61,654 nucleotides of DNA from an uncultured Mollicutes bacterium (lineage in GTDB: Bacteria > Bacillota_I > Bacilli_A > RF39 > UBA660): contig CAMMVQ010000004.1 in NCBI GenBank assembly GCA_946500425.1, positions 1 to 61,654 of the forward strand, written 5' to 3'. The notes under the pieces were generated by a model, which was given only the letters and a program-made list of their open reading frames with translations, made no database searches and was not told where the DNA came from. Positions 29,134 to 38,499 of the stretch are shown here, one piece after another. The translations under genes were made by a program, and so were the position numbers. The number at the start of each line of letters is the position of its first letter. The stretch's first letter is position 1.

Positions 29134-31287
29134 ATGAAAAAGAATTTTGCAAAAAGATTATTGATATTTTTACTAGTGTTAATAATTTTTAGTTTGGTGT
29201 ACATACCACTTTTTAAAGACATGAAGTTTGGTCTTGATTTAAAGGGTGGTTTTGAAGTTTTATACCAAGTTAAAAGAAGTGATGGTAAAAACTTAACCAA
29301 TGATGATTTGAATAGTACTTATGATGTTTTAAAAAGAAACGTTGACTCTTTAGGGGTTACGGAACCCGAAATTACGATTGAGGGTGATGACCGCATCCGG
29401 GTAAAATTAGCCGGGGTAACGGACATAGAAGAGGCTAGAAAAGCGTTATCGAGCGTGGCTAACGTGTCTTTCCGTGATGTTAATGATAACCTTTTAATGG
29501 ATTCTAGCGTTATTAAAGGAGCCAGACTTTCATATGATGAAAGTGGAAAACCCGCGATATCTTTACAGGTTGCTGATAAAGAAAAGTTTTTGGAAGCAAC
29601 AACAAAAGTTAGCCAAATGACAAATAACGAGAACGTTATGGTTATTTGGTATAACTTTGAGTCCGGGGTAAACTCATACGCTAAGGATAAAGATACTTGT
29701 GGTATGGAAAGTAGTGTTTGCTTATCTGCTGCTACCGTTTCACAAGGATTCTCTTCGGACGTTATTATAACTGGTAACTTTGAAAAAGAAGAAGCAGAAG
29801 CTCTTGCCACCAGTATTAACGCTGGTTCAATTTCAACTAAATTAACCGAAATATCATCACAAAACGTTGATGCCTCTTACGGTGAGGGGGTTCTTGTCAA
29901 AACGTTTGTAGCGGGATTAGCCGGAATGCTTTTGGTTATTATATTCATGACGGCATTATATAAATTCGCTGGTTTTATATCAGGACTTAATTTGTTTTTC
30001 TACATGTTACTTGTAATGGGCGTTTTCTGGCTTGTAGGTGGCGTTTTAAGCTTGCCTGGCATCGCGGCTTTGGTTTTAGGAATTGGTATGGCGGTTGACT
30101 CATGCGTTATAACTAACGAAAGAATCAAAGAAGAATTAAGGCAAGGTAAAAGTTTAACGACCGCTTACGAAAATGGCAACAAGGAGTCATGGAGTAGTAT
30201 ATTCGATGCTAACGCAACTACTTTAATCGTTGCAATCGTATTATTTATTTTTGGAGAAAGCTCGGTTAAAGGTTTTGCAACGATGCTAATCATAACGATA
30301 TTTGCAACGATGTTTGTAATGGTATTTGTTAATCGTCTTGTCCTTAAAGGATTTGTTAAAACTAAATTTTTTGAGAAAAAACCTAATTCTTTTGTAAGGT
30401 ACGAAAAAAAGACAAAAAATATAAAAATAAATTCAATTGGGTTAATTAAAAAATGTTTTACCATAACCTTAATATACTTAGTTTTAGGTGGCATATATTT
30501 AGGCATTAATGGTTTTAACTTAGGAATTGACTTTAGGGCGGGTTCTGATGTTACGATAAAGGCTAATAATATTTCTGAAGCCGAAATAAAAAAAGATTTT
30601 GATAAGTTAGGCTATGAGGTTGTTTCGGTAAATAAGCAGGAGAATGACGAAACGTACGTAATGTTAAATACCGAGCTTAAAGAAGACGAAATAAACGAGG
30701 TAAATAATTATTTTGAAAGTAATTATAACGCCACGACCGAGATAAACGTTGTAACGAACGTTGTTAAACAAGACTTGATTAAAAACGCCATATATTCGGT
30801 TATAATCGCCATGATTGCAATCATAATATACATTTCGTTTAGGTTTAAGTTTACTTATGCAATATCATCAATCGTTGCTTTGATTCATGACGTGTTATTC
30901 GTTATGATAATGTTCTCTTTATTTAACATTGAAGTTAACGTTATTTTTATTGCGGCAATACTAACGATTGTTGGTTACTCGATAAATAACACGATTGTGG
31001 TCTTTGATAGGATAAGAGAAAACTTGAGTAAAACAAAAGGAAAGATAACCAGGGAAACCTTAAAGGAAGTAGTAAACGATAGTATTTCTGGCACTTTTAC
31101 AAGGTCTATTTATACTACGGTTACCACTTTAATACCAGTTATTTGTTTAATATCACTTGGTTCAAAAGGAATATTACCATTTAACCTTGCGATGATATTT
31201 GGCCTTGTTGCCGGATGTTATTCATCGGTTTTATTAGCAGGACAAATGTGGTATTTAATAGAATCAAGAAAACTTAAGAAAAAATAA
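29134..31287 (+). CDS. secDF: protein translocase subunit SecDF (fused)
   Basis: ATG at 29134 after AAAGGATGG. SecD-like N-half (GLDLKGG), periplasmic domain and two 6-TM blocks. SecF-like C-half (GIDFRAG). Confidence 0.92.
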   Translation: MKKNFAKRLLIFLLVLIIFSLVYIPLFKDMKFGLDLKGGFEVLYQVKRSDGKNLTNDDLNSTYDVLKRNVDSLGVTEPEITIEGDDRIRVKLAGVTDIEEARKALSSVANVSFRDVNDNLLMDSSVIKGARLSYDESGKPAISLQVADKEKFLEATTKVSQMTNNENVMVIWYNFESGVNSYAKDKDTCGMESSVCLSAATVSQGFSSDVIITGNFEKEEAEALATSINAGSISTKLTEISSQNVDASYGEGVLVKTFVAGLAGMLLVIIFMTALYKFAGFISGLNLFFYMLLVMGVFWLVGGVLSLPGIAALVLGIGMAVDSCVITNERIKEELRQGKSLTTAYENGNKESWSSIFDANATTLIVAIVLFIFGESSVKGFATMLIITIFATMFVMVFVNRLVLKGFVKTKFFEKKPNSFVRYEKKTKNIKINSIGLIKKCFTITLIYLVLGGIYLGINGFNLGIDFRAGSDVTIKANNISEAEIKKDFDKLGYEVVSVNKQENDETYVMLNTELKEDEINEVNNYFESNYNATTEINVVTNVVKQDLIKNAIYSVIIAMIAIIIYISFRFKFTYAISSIVALIHDVLFVMIMFSLFNIEVNVIFIAAILTIVGYSINNTIVVFDRIRENLSKTKGKITRETLKEVVNDSISGTFTRSIYTTVTTLIPVICLISLGSKGILPFNLAMIFGLVAGCYSSVLLAGQMWYLIESRKLKKK

Positions 31288-31303
31288 TTTAGGAGTGATA
31301 TAA

Positions 31304-33463
31304 ATGAAGCAGAAGGAAGAGGCTTATACGCTAGATGATTTGTTGAACAAGGCCAAAACGTACATAAAAAACGATGAGGACATAGATTTAATAAAAAGAG
31401 CTTATGCCTTTGCTTCTAAGGCCCATGCTGGGCAAACAAGGTTAACGGGTGATGATTATATGCTTCACCCTTTAAACGTTGCAATGATACTAACGGAAAT
31501 ATACGCGGATGCACAAACGCTTGCAACGGCGTTGTTGCATGACGTCATTAATTTTTCGAACGTATCAATCGAATTAGTAGAAAAAGAGTTTGGCAAGGAA
31601 ATAAAAGAATTAGTGGACGGAATATCCAAGATTAACCGTTTAAGTTTATCCGCTGAAAGTGAAGCGTCCGCGGCGTATTATAAAAAAATATTAGTTGGTT
31701 TGTCCGGTGACGTTAGAATAATAATTCTTAAGATTGCCGATAGACTTCACAACATGAGGACTTTATGGGCCATTCCTTTGAACAAAAGAAAGGAAAAAGC
31801 TAAGGAAACCCTTGAAATACTCGTTCCAATTGCACACCGTCTTGGAATAAACCACATTAAAAGTGAATTAGAGGATTTGTGTTTAAAATACTGGAAACCT
31901 GACGTTTATAATGATATTTTGGAAAAGCTTAGTGAATCAAGGCAAGAGCTTGATTTGTCGGTTGATGAAATGATGCAAAACGTCTCTAAGATATTAACCG
32001 ATAATAACATTCCTCACGAAATGAAGGGAAGAACGAAAAGTGTTTATAGCATTTATAATAAGCTTCAAAAAGGTAAGACCTTTAATCAGATATATGACAT
32101 TTTGGCCCTTAGGTTTTTGGTTAATACGGAAGCCGAGTGTTATTTAGCCCTTGGACTTATTCACGCCAAATACAAACCCGTTCCAAAGCGTTTTAAGGAT
32201 TATATCGCAAGGCCAAAAGCTAATGGGTACCAATCTTTACACACAACCGTTTTTGGGGCGAACGGAAAGCTTTTTGAAATTCAAATAAGGACTCATGAAA
32301 TGGATAAGGTGGCTGAATATGGTTTTGCCTCACACTGGTCATATAAAGAACACGGAGTTAATAAAACCAACATGATGGAGCAGAAGCTAAAATCATTTAG
32401 GTCAATAATCGAGTTAAATGAACAACAAGTTGATAAAGACGAGTACGTAGATACCGTTAAAAACGAAGTATTTAATGATAATAATATCTATGTTTATACG
32501 CCTAAAGGAGACGTTTTTGAGCTTCCTCTTGGCTCTACTCCGGTAGATTTTGCTTACCGGGTTCATACTTCGGTTGGACACCAAATGGTAGGAGCCATCG
32601 TAAACAATAACATTGTTCCTTTAGATTACAAGCTAAAAGATGGTGACATTGTTAAAATAAACACTAATAAAAATAGTAAAGGCCCTTCCCTAGAGTGGGT
32701 TAACATTGCTTATACTACCAGCGCAAAAAACAAAATAAAGGCCTTCTTTAGCAAGATAGATAAGGAACAAACAATCGCCCAAGGAAAAGAACAGCTAATG
32801 AAAACCATTAGAAGAAAAAAACTATCATCCAATGATATTTTAGATGATAAAAAACTTTCTGGTGCGTTTGATGAATTAGGTGTAAACAGTGAAAATGATT
32901 TATATTATGAAATAGGAGTGGGAAAGTTAAACCCAACGTTTGTTATAAAAACCATATTAGGAGAAAAAGACGAAGAAAAACGAATCATTGATAAAGTTTT
33001 AAAGTATAGTTCTAGGTCGATGGACGCATCGGGGGATATTATTATTGACGGAATGAACGACCTTAAAGTATCTTTAGCAGGATGCTGCATGCCGATTATG
33101 GGTGATGATATCGTAGGTTATATTTCTAAAGGAAACGGAATTACCATTCACCGGAAAAATTGTTATAACATATGTGACGTTGAAGAACGAATCATTGATG
33201 CTAGCTGGAACCATAATGCCTCAAAAAAATACGTTACTAACGTCTTAATATACGTCGAGAAAAAACCTAATTTATTACTTGATATCATTTCTAAGACCAC
33301 TTCCATGAACGTTGGGGTAAAAAGCGTTAATACCATTGCAAACGTTGATTATGACGTGTTGGATTTAAACGTTTTAGTAGAAAACAAAGAGATGCTTGAT
33401 AAGTATATCTCGATAATTGGACAATTGCCGTACGTAACTTCAGTAGAAAGAGGTAATAAGTAA
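31304..33463 (+). CDS. relA: bifunctional (p)ppGpp synthetase/hydrolase (RSH)
   Basis: HD hydrolase (LLHDVI), synthetase core (GYQSLHTTV), TGS (VYTPKGDVFELP..TPVDFAY) and a C-terminal ACT-like domain. Confidence 0.95.
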   Translation: MKQKEEAYTLDDLLNKAKTYIKNDEDIDLIKRAYAFASKAHAGQTRLTGDDYMLHPLNVAMILTEIYADAQTLATALLHDVINFSNVSIELVEKEFGKEIKELVDGISKINRLSLSAESEASAAYYKKILVGLSGDVRIIILKIADRLHNMRTLWAIPLNKRKEKAKETLEILVPIAHRLGINHIKSELEDLCLKYWKPDVYNDILEKLSESRQELDLSVDEMMQNVSKILTDNNIPHEMKGRTKSVYSIYNKLQKGKTFNQIYDILALRFLVNTEAECYLALGLIHAKYKPVPKRFKDYIARPKANGYQSLHTTVFGANGKLFEIQIRTHEMDKVAEYGFASHWSYKEHGVNKTNMMEQKLKSFRSIIELNEQQVDKDEYVDTVKNEVFNDNNIYVYTPKGDVFELPLGSTPVDFAYRVHTSVGHQMVGAIVNNNIVPLDYKLKDGDIVKINTNKNSKGPSLEWVNIAYTTSAKNKIKAFFSKIDKEQTIAQGKEQLMKTIRRKKLSSNDILDDKKLSGAFDELGVNSENDLYYEIGVGKLNPTFVIKTILGEKDEEKRIIDKVLKYSSRSMDASGDIIIDGMNDLKVSLAGCCMPIMGDDIVGYISKGNGITIHRKNCYNICDVEERIIDASWNHNASKKYVTNVLIYVEKKPNLLLDIISKTTSMNVGVKSVNTIANVDYDVLDLNVLVENKEMLDKYISIIGQLPYVTSVERGNK

Positions 33464-33909
33464 TGAGAGTGGTGGTACAAAGAAGTCTTTTAAGCAGTGT
33501 TAAGGCCGATGGTAATTTAACTGGTAAAATTGATAAAGGTTTCGTTGTGTTAGTTGGTTTTTGTACGACGGATGATTTCGACACGGTAAAAAAGATGGTG
33601 GAAAAAATAGTCAATCTAAGGGTGTTTGAAGACGAAAATGGTAAAATGAACTTAGATATTAAGTCGGTAAATGGTAAGATTCTTTCTGTTTCACAGTTTA
33701 CTTTGTACGCTAAGCTAAACGGAAGAAGGCCATCCTTTAGCGGGGCTCTTAACTATTTAGAGGCCAAAGAATTATATGGCTTGTTTAACGAAGAAATGAA
33801 AAAGCAAGGTCTTGAAGTACAAACTGGTATATTTGGTTCTAACATGGAAGTTAATATAATAAATGATGGACCAGTAACCATAATAATTGATAGTGCGGAG
33901 GACTTATGA
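33463..33909 (+). CDS. dtd: D-aminoacyl-tRNA deacylase
   Basis: MRVVVQR.., SQFTLYA, NDGPVT. The start overlaps the relA stop (TAATG). Confidence 0.92.
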   Translation: MRVVVQRSLLSSVKADGNLTGKIDKGFVVLVGFCTTDDFDTVKKMVEKIVNLRVFEDENGKMNLDIKSVNGKILSVSQFTLYAKLNGRRPSFSGALNYLEAKELYGLFNEEMKKQGLEVQTGIFGSNMEVNIINDGPVTIIIDSAEDL

Positions 33910-34964
33910 AAAATAAGATAAATTATAAATATATTAATCTTTTAGCTATTTTGGGAGTTATATATTTATTGTATTTAATGAAAGATTTATGGATTGGTGT
34001 TGTTGGAACCATCATATCAATCGCGTTGCCATTCATAGTCGCATTTTCGGTTGCATACGTTTTGTATCCGTTTCTTAAGTTTATGACGGAGCGAAAAATA
34101 CCAAAATCAATTGGTGTTGTAATCATAGTCTTGGTAGTGGTTTTGATAATTGGAATTATCTCTTATTTTGTTATACCTTTATTTGCTAACCAACTAATTA
34201 ACTTACTAAGTAACTTAGGAAAAGTAACATCTGATATAGCAACTAGGTATGGAGTTAACCTTGAAACGGTTAATGAAGCCATCAATAAGTATTCTAACAT
34301 AGTTGTGGACTATATTGGAGAAGCAATAAAAAGTGGCTCCATCTTCGCCGTTTTAAACAATTCAATAAACTTCGCAACCAAGTTCATTATTGCGTTTATT
34401 GTTTCGATTTATTTTTTATCAGGAATGCCAAGCATAAGGTCAAAAGTAAAAAAATTCCTTCTTAAAAGTAATTATAAAAAATTTAAATTAATATCTACGA
34501 TTGATAAAGAGGTTTACTCTTACTTAAAGGGCCTTGGCATCTTTATGATTATTCAGTTTTTTGAATATACGTTCTTATTTTTAATTATTGGTCATCCAAA
34601 CTTCTTGTTACTTGGCTTTTTAGCTTGCGTAACAACCGTAATTCCTTATTTTGGGGGTATTTTAACCAATGCTATCGCCCTTTTAATAGCAACCGTAGTA
34701 TCTCCTAAAGTATTTATTTTAACCCTTGTTATTACGCTTGTTTTCCCTAACATAGATGGCTACATTATTTCGCCTAGAATTTATGATAAAACCAATCAGC
34801 TACCGCCGTTGTTAACTATTTTTGTTGTGTTTGCAGGAGGAGCCTTACTAGGATTTACAGGAATTGTAATAGCGGTTCCACTAACCATCATAATAACCGC
34901 GATAATAAGAGCTTATAAGGGAGAAATAAGTAAAAAAATATCTAACATTAAAGAAAAAATATAA
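33906..34964 (+). CDS. AI-2E family transporter (PerM-like)
   Basis: 352 aa with about 8 TM segments. ATGA overlap with dtd. Confidence 0.75.
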   Translation: MKNKINYKYINLLAILGVIYLLYLMKDLWIGVVGTIISIALPFIVAFSVAYVLYPFLKFMTERKIPKSIGVVIIVLVVVLIIGIISYFVIPLFANQLINLLSNLGKVTSDIATRYGVNLETVNEAINKYSNIVVDYIGEAIKSGSIFAVLNNSINFATKFIIAFIVSIYFLSGMPSIRSKVKKFLLKSNYKKFKLISTIDKEVYSYLKGLGIFMIIQFFEYTFLFLIIGHPNFLLLGFLACVTTVIPYFGGILTNAIALLIATVVSPKVFILTLVITLVFPNIDGYIISPRIYDKTNQLPPLLTIFVVFAGGALLGFTGIVIAVPLTIIITAIIRAYKGEISKKISNIKEKI

Positions 34965-34966
34965 AA

Positions 34967-34992
34967 ATACCAATAAAAATTGGTGTTTTTTT
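34967..34992 (+). terminator. intrinsic terminator
   Basis: TACCAAT-aaaa-ATTGGTG followed by TTTTTTT. Confidence 0.7.
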
Positions 34993-35063
34993 GTCAACCC
35001 TTATATTATGTCTTTCTTTTTTTTCTTATATAATATATAATTAAATCATAGGAGGAAAATAAA

Positions 35064-35627
35064 ATGAGTACAGGTATTATAATTTTAATTGTGGTTGCCG
35101 TAATAGTGGTTTTGTTATTAATCTATTTCATGGCAACGTACAACTCTCTTGTAAACTTAAGAAACAAGGTACAAGATCAATGGTCACAAATTGATGTTTT
35201 GCTAAAGAAACGAAATGATTTAATTCCTAATATCGTTGAAACGGTAAAAGGCTACGCAAAGCATGAAAAAGAAACTTTAGATGAGGTTATTTCAGCCAGA
35301 AATAGTGCCGTTAGCGCAAACTCTCAAGAAGCAGAAATGAAGGCTGCCGGAGAGCTAACACAAGCTTTAGGAAGATTATTTGCAATCGCTGAAAACTATC
35401 CTGATTTGAAGGCTAACACTAATTTCTTAGACCTTCAAAAAAACTTAAAAGACATCGAAGACCAAATAGGATTTGCAAGACAATTTTATAATGATAGCGT
35501 TTTAACTTATAAAAATAAGCTTGAAATGTTTCCGTCAAACATCGTTGCAAAAATGTTTGGATTTAAACCTGAAAACTTCTTTGAAGCAACCGAAGAAGAA
35601 AAGAAAACACCACAAGTTAAGTTTTAG
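35064..35627 (+). CDS. lemA: LemA family protein
   Basis: N-terminal TM. [31 protein letters not shown] and ENYPDLKAN signatures. Confidence 0.9.
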   Translation: [187 protein letters not shown]

Positions 35628-35650
35628 TCTACGAGAAAGTAGGCTTTTTC
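35626..35650 (+). terminator. weak intrinsic terminator or attenuating hairpin
   Basis: AGTCTAC-gagaaa-GTAGGCT (one G-T pair) followed by TTTT. Confidence 0.4.
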
Positions 35651-35667
35651 TTTAAGGAGGAAAGTAG

Positions 35668-37371
35668 ATGAAAAAGAAAGTAGGCGTTGTTTTATCGTTT
35701 TTATTATTGTTACTTTTATTTCCTTTAGGAGTAAAAGCTAACAGTGTATCAAGCATAGATATGGATATATACGTTGATGAAAATGGTACCGGACACGTAA
35801 CCGAAACTTGGAAAGCTTACCTAAGTCAGGGAACCGAAGGATATAAGCCATATTATAACATTGGTAATGCTAAAATAACTAATTTTAGCGTTAGCGAAAA
35901 CGGAAAAGTATATCAATATGATGATTACTGGAACCCAAACGGAAGCTTTGAGGAAAAAGCATATAAAAATGGAATTAATTACGTTTCTAACGGATTAGAA
36001 TTATGCTGGGGAATAAGTGAGTATGGAAATCATACTTATACCCTTAAATATGACATTGAAGGCTTCGTATCGTCACTTACTGATGCCGACATGATATATT
36101 GGAACTTAGTACCACATGATTTAAGTTCTAAGCCTAGTAACGTTCACATAAAGATTTATGCCGATGAAGCTTTTAAAGATACGCTTGACGTATGGGGATA
36201 TGGTAATTATGGTGGAACTGCATACGTTTATGATGGTTACATTGAAATGAACTCAGAAGGCACCTTGCAAAGTGATGAATACATGACGTTATTAGTTAAG
36301 TTTGATAAAGGCACCTTTAATACTTATAACACCTTAAACAATGACTTTAATTATTATTATGAGATGGCAAAAGAAGGTGCTACCGCGTATAAGGAAAGTA
36401 ATTCTACTAGTATAATATCATTCCTTTTTCCGTTCATTTTTACTGCCTTTTGGATATTTTTAATTGGTAGCATAATAAAAAATGGTTCTGGAATGGTTGG
36501 AAACAGAAAAATGAACTTTGAAAAAGATGCCAAAAAACTTCCTAAAGACATTCCAAATTATCGTGATATTCCGTTTGATAAGAATATTTATAGAGCGTAT
36601 TGGGTTGCGGTAACCTATAACTTAATAAAAAGGCAAACTGACTTTTTAGGAGCAATAATCTTAAAATGGGTAAAAGAACAAAAAATAGGCATTAAAAAAG
36701 TAATGGAAGGCACAATTATAAAAAAAGATGCTACAACCCTTGATTTAACTAAACCTTTTTCTAGTGACAATCAGCTTGAGATTGATTTGTATAACATGAT
36801 GTATGAAGCTAGTAAAGATGGTTACTTAGAGTCAAAAGAATTCGAAAAATGGTGTAATAAAAATTATAAAAAGATTCTTGATTGGTTTAAAAAGGTTCTT
36901 GATGACGAAACAGATAAATTAGTGGCAGAAGGAAAAGTAATAATAAAAGCTGAAAAACATTCTTTTGTTAAGATTGATAAATATTATGTAACTAACGAAA
37001 TGAAAGATGAAGCTGTTAAATTAAAAGGATTTAAAAATTTCTTAGAAGAATTTTCTAGGATAAACGAAAAAGAGCCCATTGAAGTTAATATGTGGGAGTA
37101 TTATCTTATATACGCCCAAATATTAGGTTTAGCAGATAGGGTTGCTAAACAATTTAAGAAGTTATATCCAGAACTTATTAATAATCCTAACTATGATTAT
37201 GACTATGATGATTTTATTTTCATCAACATGATTTGTTATTCCGGAATGAACGCTGCATCAGCTAGTCAGTCGAGAGCACAAAGTTACTCTTCTGGTGGCG
37301 GTGGATTCTCATCCGGTGGCGGAGGTGGGGGTTCCTTCGGCGGCGGAGGCGGAGGAGGCGGCTTTCGCTAA
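35668..37371 (+). CDS. DUF2207-domain membrane protein with Gly-rich C-terminal tail
   Basis: Signal peptide, ~230-aa extracytoplasmic domain, TM segments and a tail SSGGGGFSSGGGGGGSFGGGGGGGGFR. Typical partner of lemA. Confidence 0.8.
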   Translation: MKKKVGVVLSFLLLLLLFPLGVKANSVSSIDMDIYVDENGTGHVTETWKAYLSQGTEGYKPYYNIGNAKITNFSVSENGKVYQYDDYWNPNGSFEEKAYKNGINYVSNGLELCWGISEYGNHTYTLKYDIEGFVSSLTDADMIYWNLVPHDLSSKPSNVHIKIYADEAFKDTLDVWGYGNYGGTAYVYDGYIEMNSEGTLQSDEYMTLLVKFDKGTFNTYNTLNNDFNYYYEMAKEGATAYKESNSTSIISFLFPFIFTAFWIFLIGSIIKNGSGMVGNRKMNFEKDAKKLPKDIPNYRDIPFDKNIYRAYWVAVTYNLIKRQTDFLGAIILKWVKEQKIGIKKVMEGTIIKKDATTLDLTKPFSSDNQLEIDLYNMMYEASKDGYLESKEFEKWCNKNYKKILDWFKKVLDDETDKLVAEGKVIIKAEKHSFVKIDKYYVTNEMKDEAVKLKGFKNFLEEFSRINEKEPIEVNMWEYYLIYAQILGLADRVAKQFKKLYPELINNPNYDYDYDDFIFINMICYSGMNAASASQSRAQSYSSGGGGFSSGGGGGGSFGGGGGGGGFR

Positions 37372-37452
37372 GCTAGGTAAAGATATATTAGAGTAATATT
37401 ATCGTTAACAAAACTTAATTATCATCTAATACAGTGAAAAGAGGTGATGATT

Positions 37453-37590
37453 ATGTTTTGTTTTTATATCCTGTTTTTTATCTTCTTAATTCCTTTATTT
37501 ATCATACTAATACCAATCTTTATAATTATTTGCATAATTAATTTTATTATTAATCTGCTATTTGGTAACAATTGTTGTTGCAGAAGATAA
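37453..37590 (+). CDS. 45-aa extremely hydrophobic peptide ending NNCCCRR
   Basis: GAGGTGA SD 6 nt before the ATG at 37453 (in-frame ATG also at 37447). MFCFYILFFIFLIPLFIILIPIFIIICIINFIINLLFGNNCCCRR. Below the ORF-track size cut-off. Confidence 0.45.
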   Translation: MFCFYILFFIFLIPLFIILIPIFIIICIINFIINLLFGNNCCCRR

Positions 37591-37592
37591 AT

Positions 37593-37621
37593 TTGACTTA
37601 TTGAAAATAATAGACTATACT
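37593..37621 (+). promoter_or_regulatory. promoter of the HA-domain gene
   Basis: TTGACT, 17 nt, TATACT about 30 nt before the ATG at 37650. Confidence 0.5.
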
Positions 37622-37649
37622 AATGTAAGTTTTCTAAGGGGGAATTTAA

Positions 37650-38300
37650 ATGATTAGAGAAACATGGATGAAGCAATATTATTATGCTAAAAAATATTAC
37701 GAAGAACATGGCAATTTACTAATTCCGCAAGACTATATTGTCGTAGAAGAAAATAAAAATTTAGTTCATCTAGGGCATTGGATTAATAATCAAAGGAAAG
37801 CATATAAAAATAAAGGTAGAAGAATTAATCCAAAGCAAATTGAATTATTGAATGAAATAGGTATGGTATGGAACATCCGAGGCAATGAGGATATAATAAG
37901 TACTAACTGGTTAAAAAATTATGAGTATGCAAAAAAGTATCATGAAGAACATGGTGAATTATTGATTCCGTGGGATTATACTGTTATTGATGAAAATGGA
38001 AGTAATATAAATTTAGGGCCATGGATTAATACTCAAAGAATAGCATATAAAAATAAAAGGTTAAAGGAAAAACAAATAGAATTATTAAATGGAATAGACA
38101 TGATATGGGGTGTGAAATATTATAAAGAGAAATTAGCTTTAATAGAAAGAAGATTTTTGCAATATCAATATGGATTATTAGATGAACAAAACGTAAATGA
38201 ATTAATTAAAGAAGGCGTATTTGAATACAAAGATAGTGAATTAACAAAAGGAAATGCTGCTGTTTTAACGAGAAATATACCAACTAAAAATGTAGGCTGA
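37650..38300 (+). CDS. helicase-associated (HA) domain repeat protein
   Basis: Two ~70-aa repeats (WMKQYYYAKKYYEEHGNLLIPQDY..LGHWINNQRKAYKN..QIELLNEIGMVW and WLKNYEYAKKYHEEHGELLIPWDY..LGPWINTQRIAYKN..QIELLNGIDMIW). No helicase core is present. Confidence 0.7.
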   Translation: MIRETWMKQYYYAKKYYEEHGNLLIPQDYIVVEENKNLVHLGHWINNQRKAYKNKGRRINPKQIELLNEIGMVWNIRGNEDIISTNWLKNYEYAKKYHEEHGELLIPWDYTVIDENGSNINLGPWINTQRIAYKNKRLKEKQIELLNGIDMIWGVKYYKEKLALIERRFLQYQYGLLDEQNVNELIKEGVFEYKDSELTKGNAAVLTRNIPTKNVG

Positions 38301-38305
38301 TTTGG

Positions 38306-38334
38306 TTGACAACAACTTTTAAATATAATAAAAT
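38306..38334 (+). promoter_or_regulatory. hisS-aspS promoter
   Basis: TTGACA (38306-38311), 17 nt, TAAAAT (38329-38334). Confidence 0.7.
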
Positions 38335-38339
38335 ATAAG

Positions 38340-38484
38340 TATAATTTTCCTGTAAGAAAGGTGACAGCTTACATTAAAAGGAAAAACGTTAATTACGTTA
38401 TAATTACTAAAGAGCACTTATGTGAAGTAGGGTGGTACCGTGGACTTATAGTTCATCCCTACAAATAAGTCTCTTTTTATTTTA
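38340..38484 (+). promoter_or_regulatory. T-box riboswitch leader (compact)
   Basis: Stem I candidate TTTTCCT..GTAAG-loop-CTTAC..AGGAAAA. Conserved T-box sequence AGTAGGGTGGTACCGTGG (38427-38444). Terminator AGAGCACTTAT (38411-38421) pairs with ATAAGTCTCT (38465-38474), followed by TTTTTATTTT. Confidence 0.8.
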
Positions 38485-38499
38485 GAAAGGAATGATAGC

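Noticed and set aside
29319-29810. 163-aa minus-strand ORF within secDF (and 30165..30506)
   Set aside because: Antisense to secDF. Ser/Thr-rich low-complexity translation with no start context.
37310-37368. GGT/GGC/GGA-rich run resembling a simple tandem repeat
   Set aside because: It is in frame and encodes the Gly-rich C-terminal tail typical of DUF2207 proteins. It is not a non-coding repeat.
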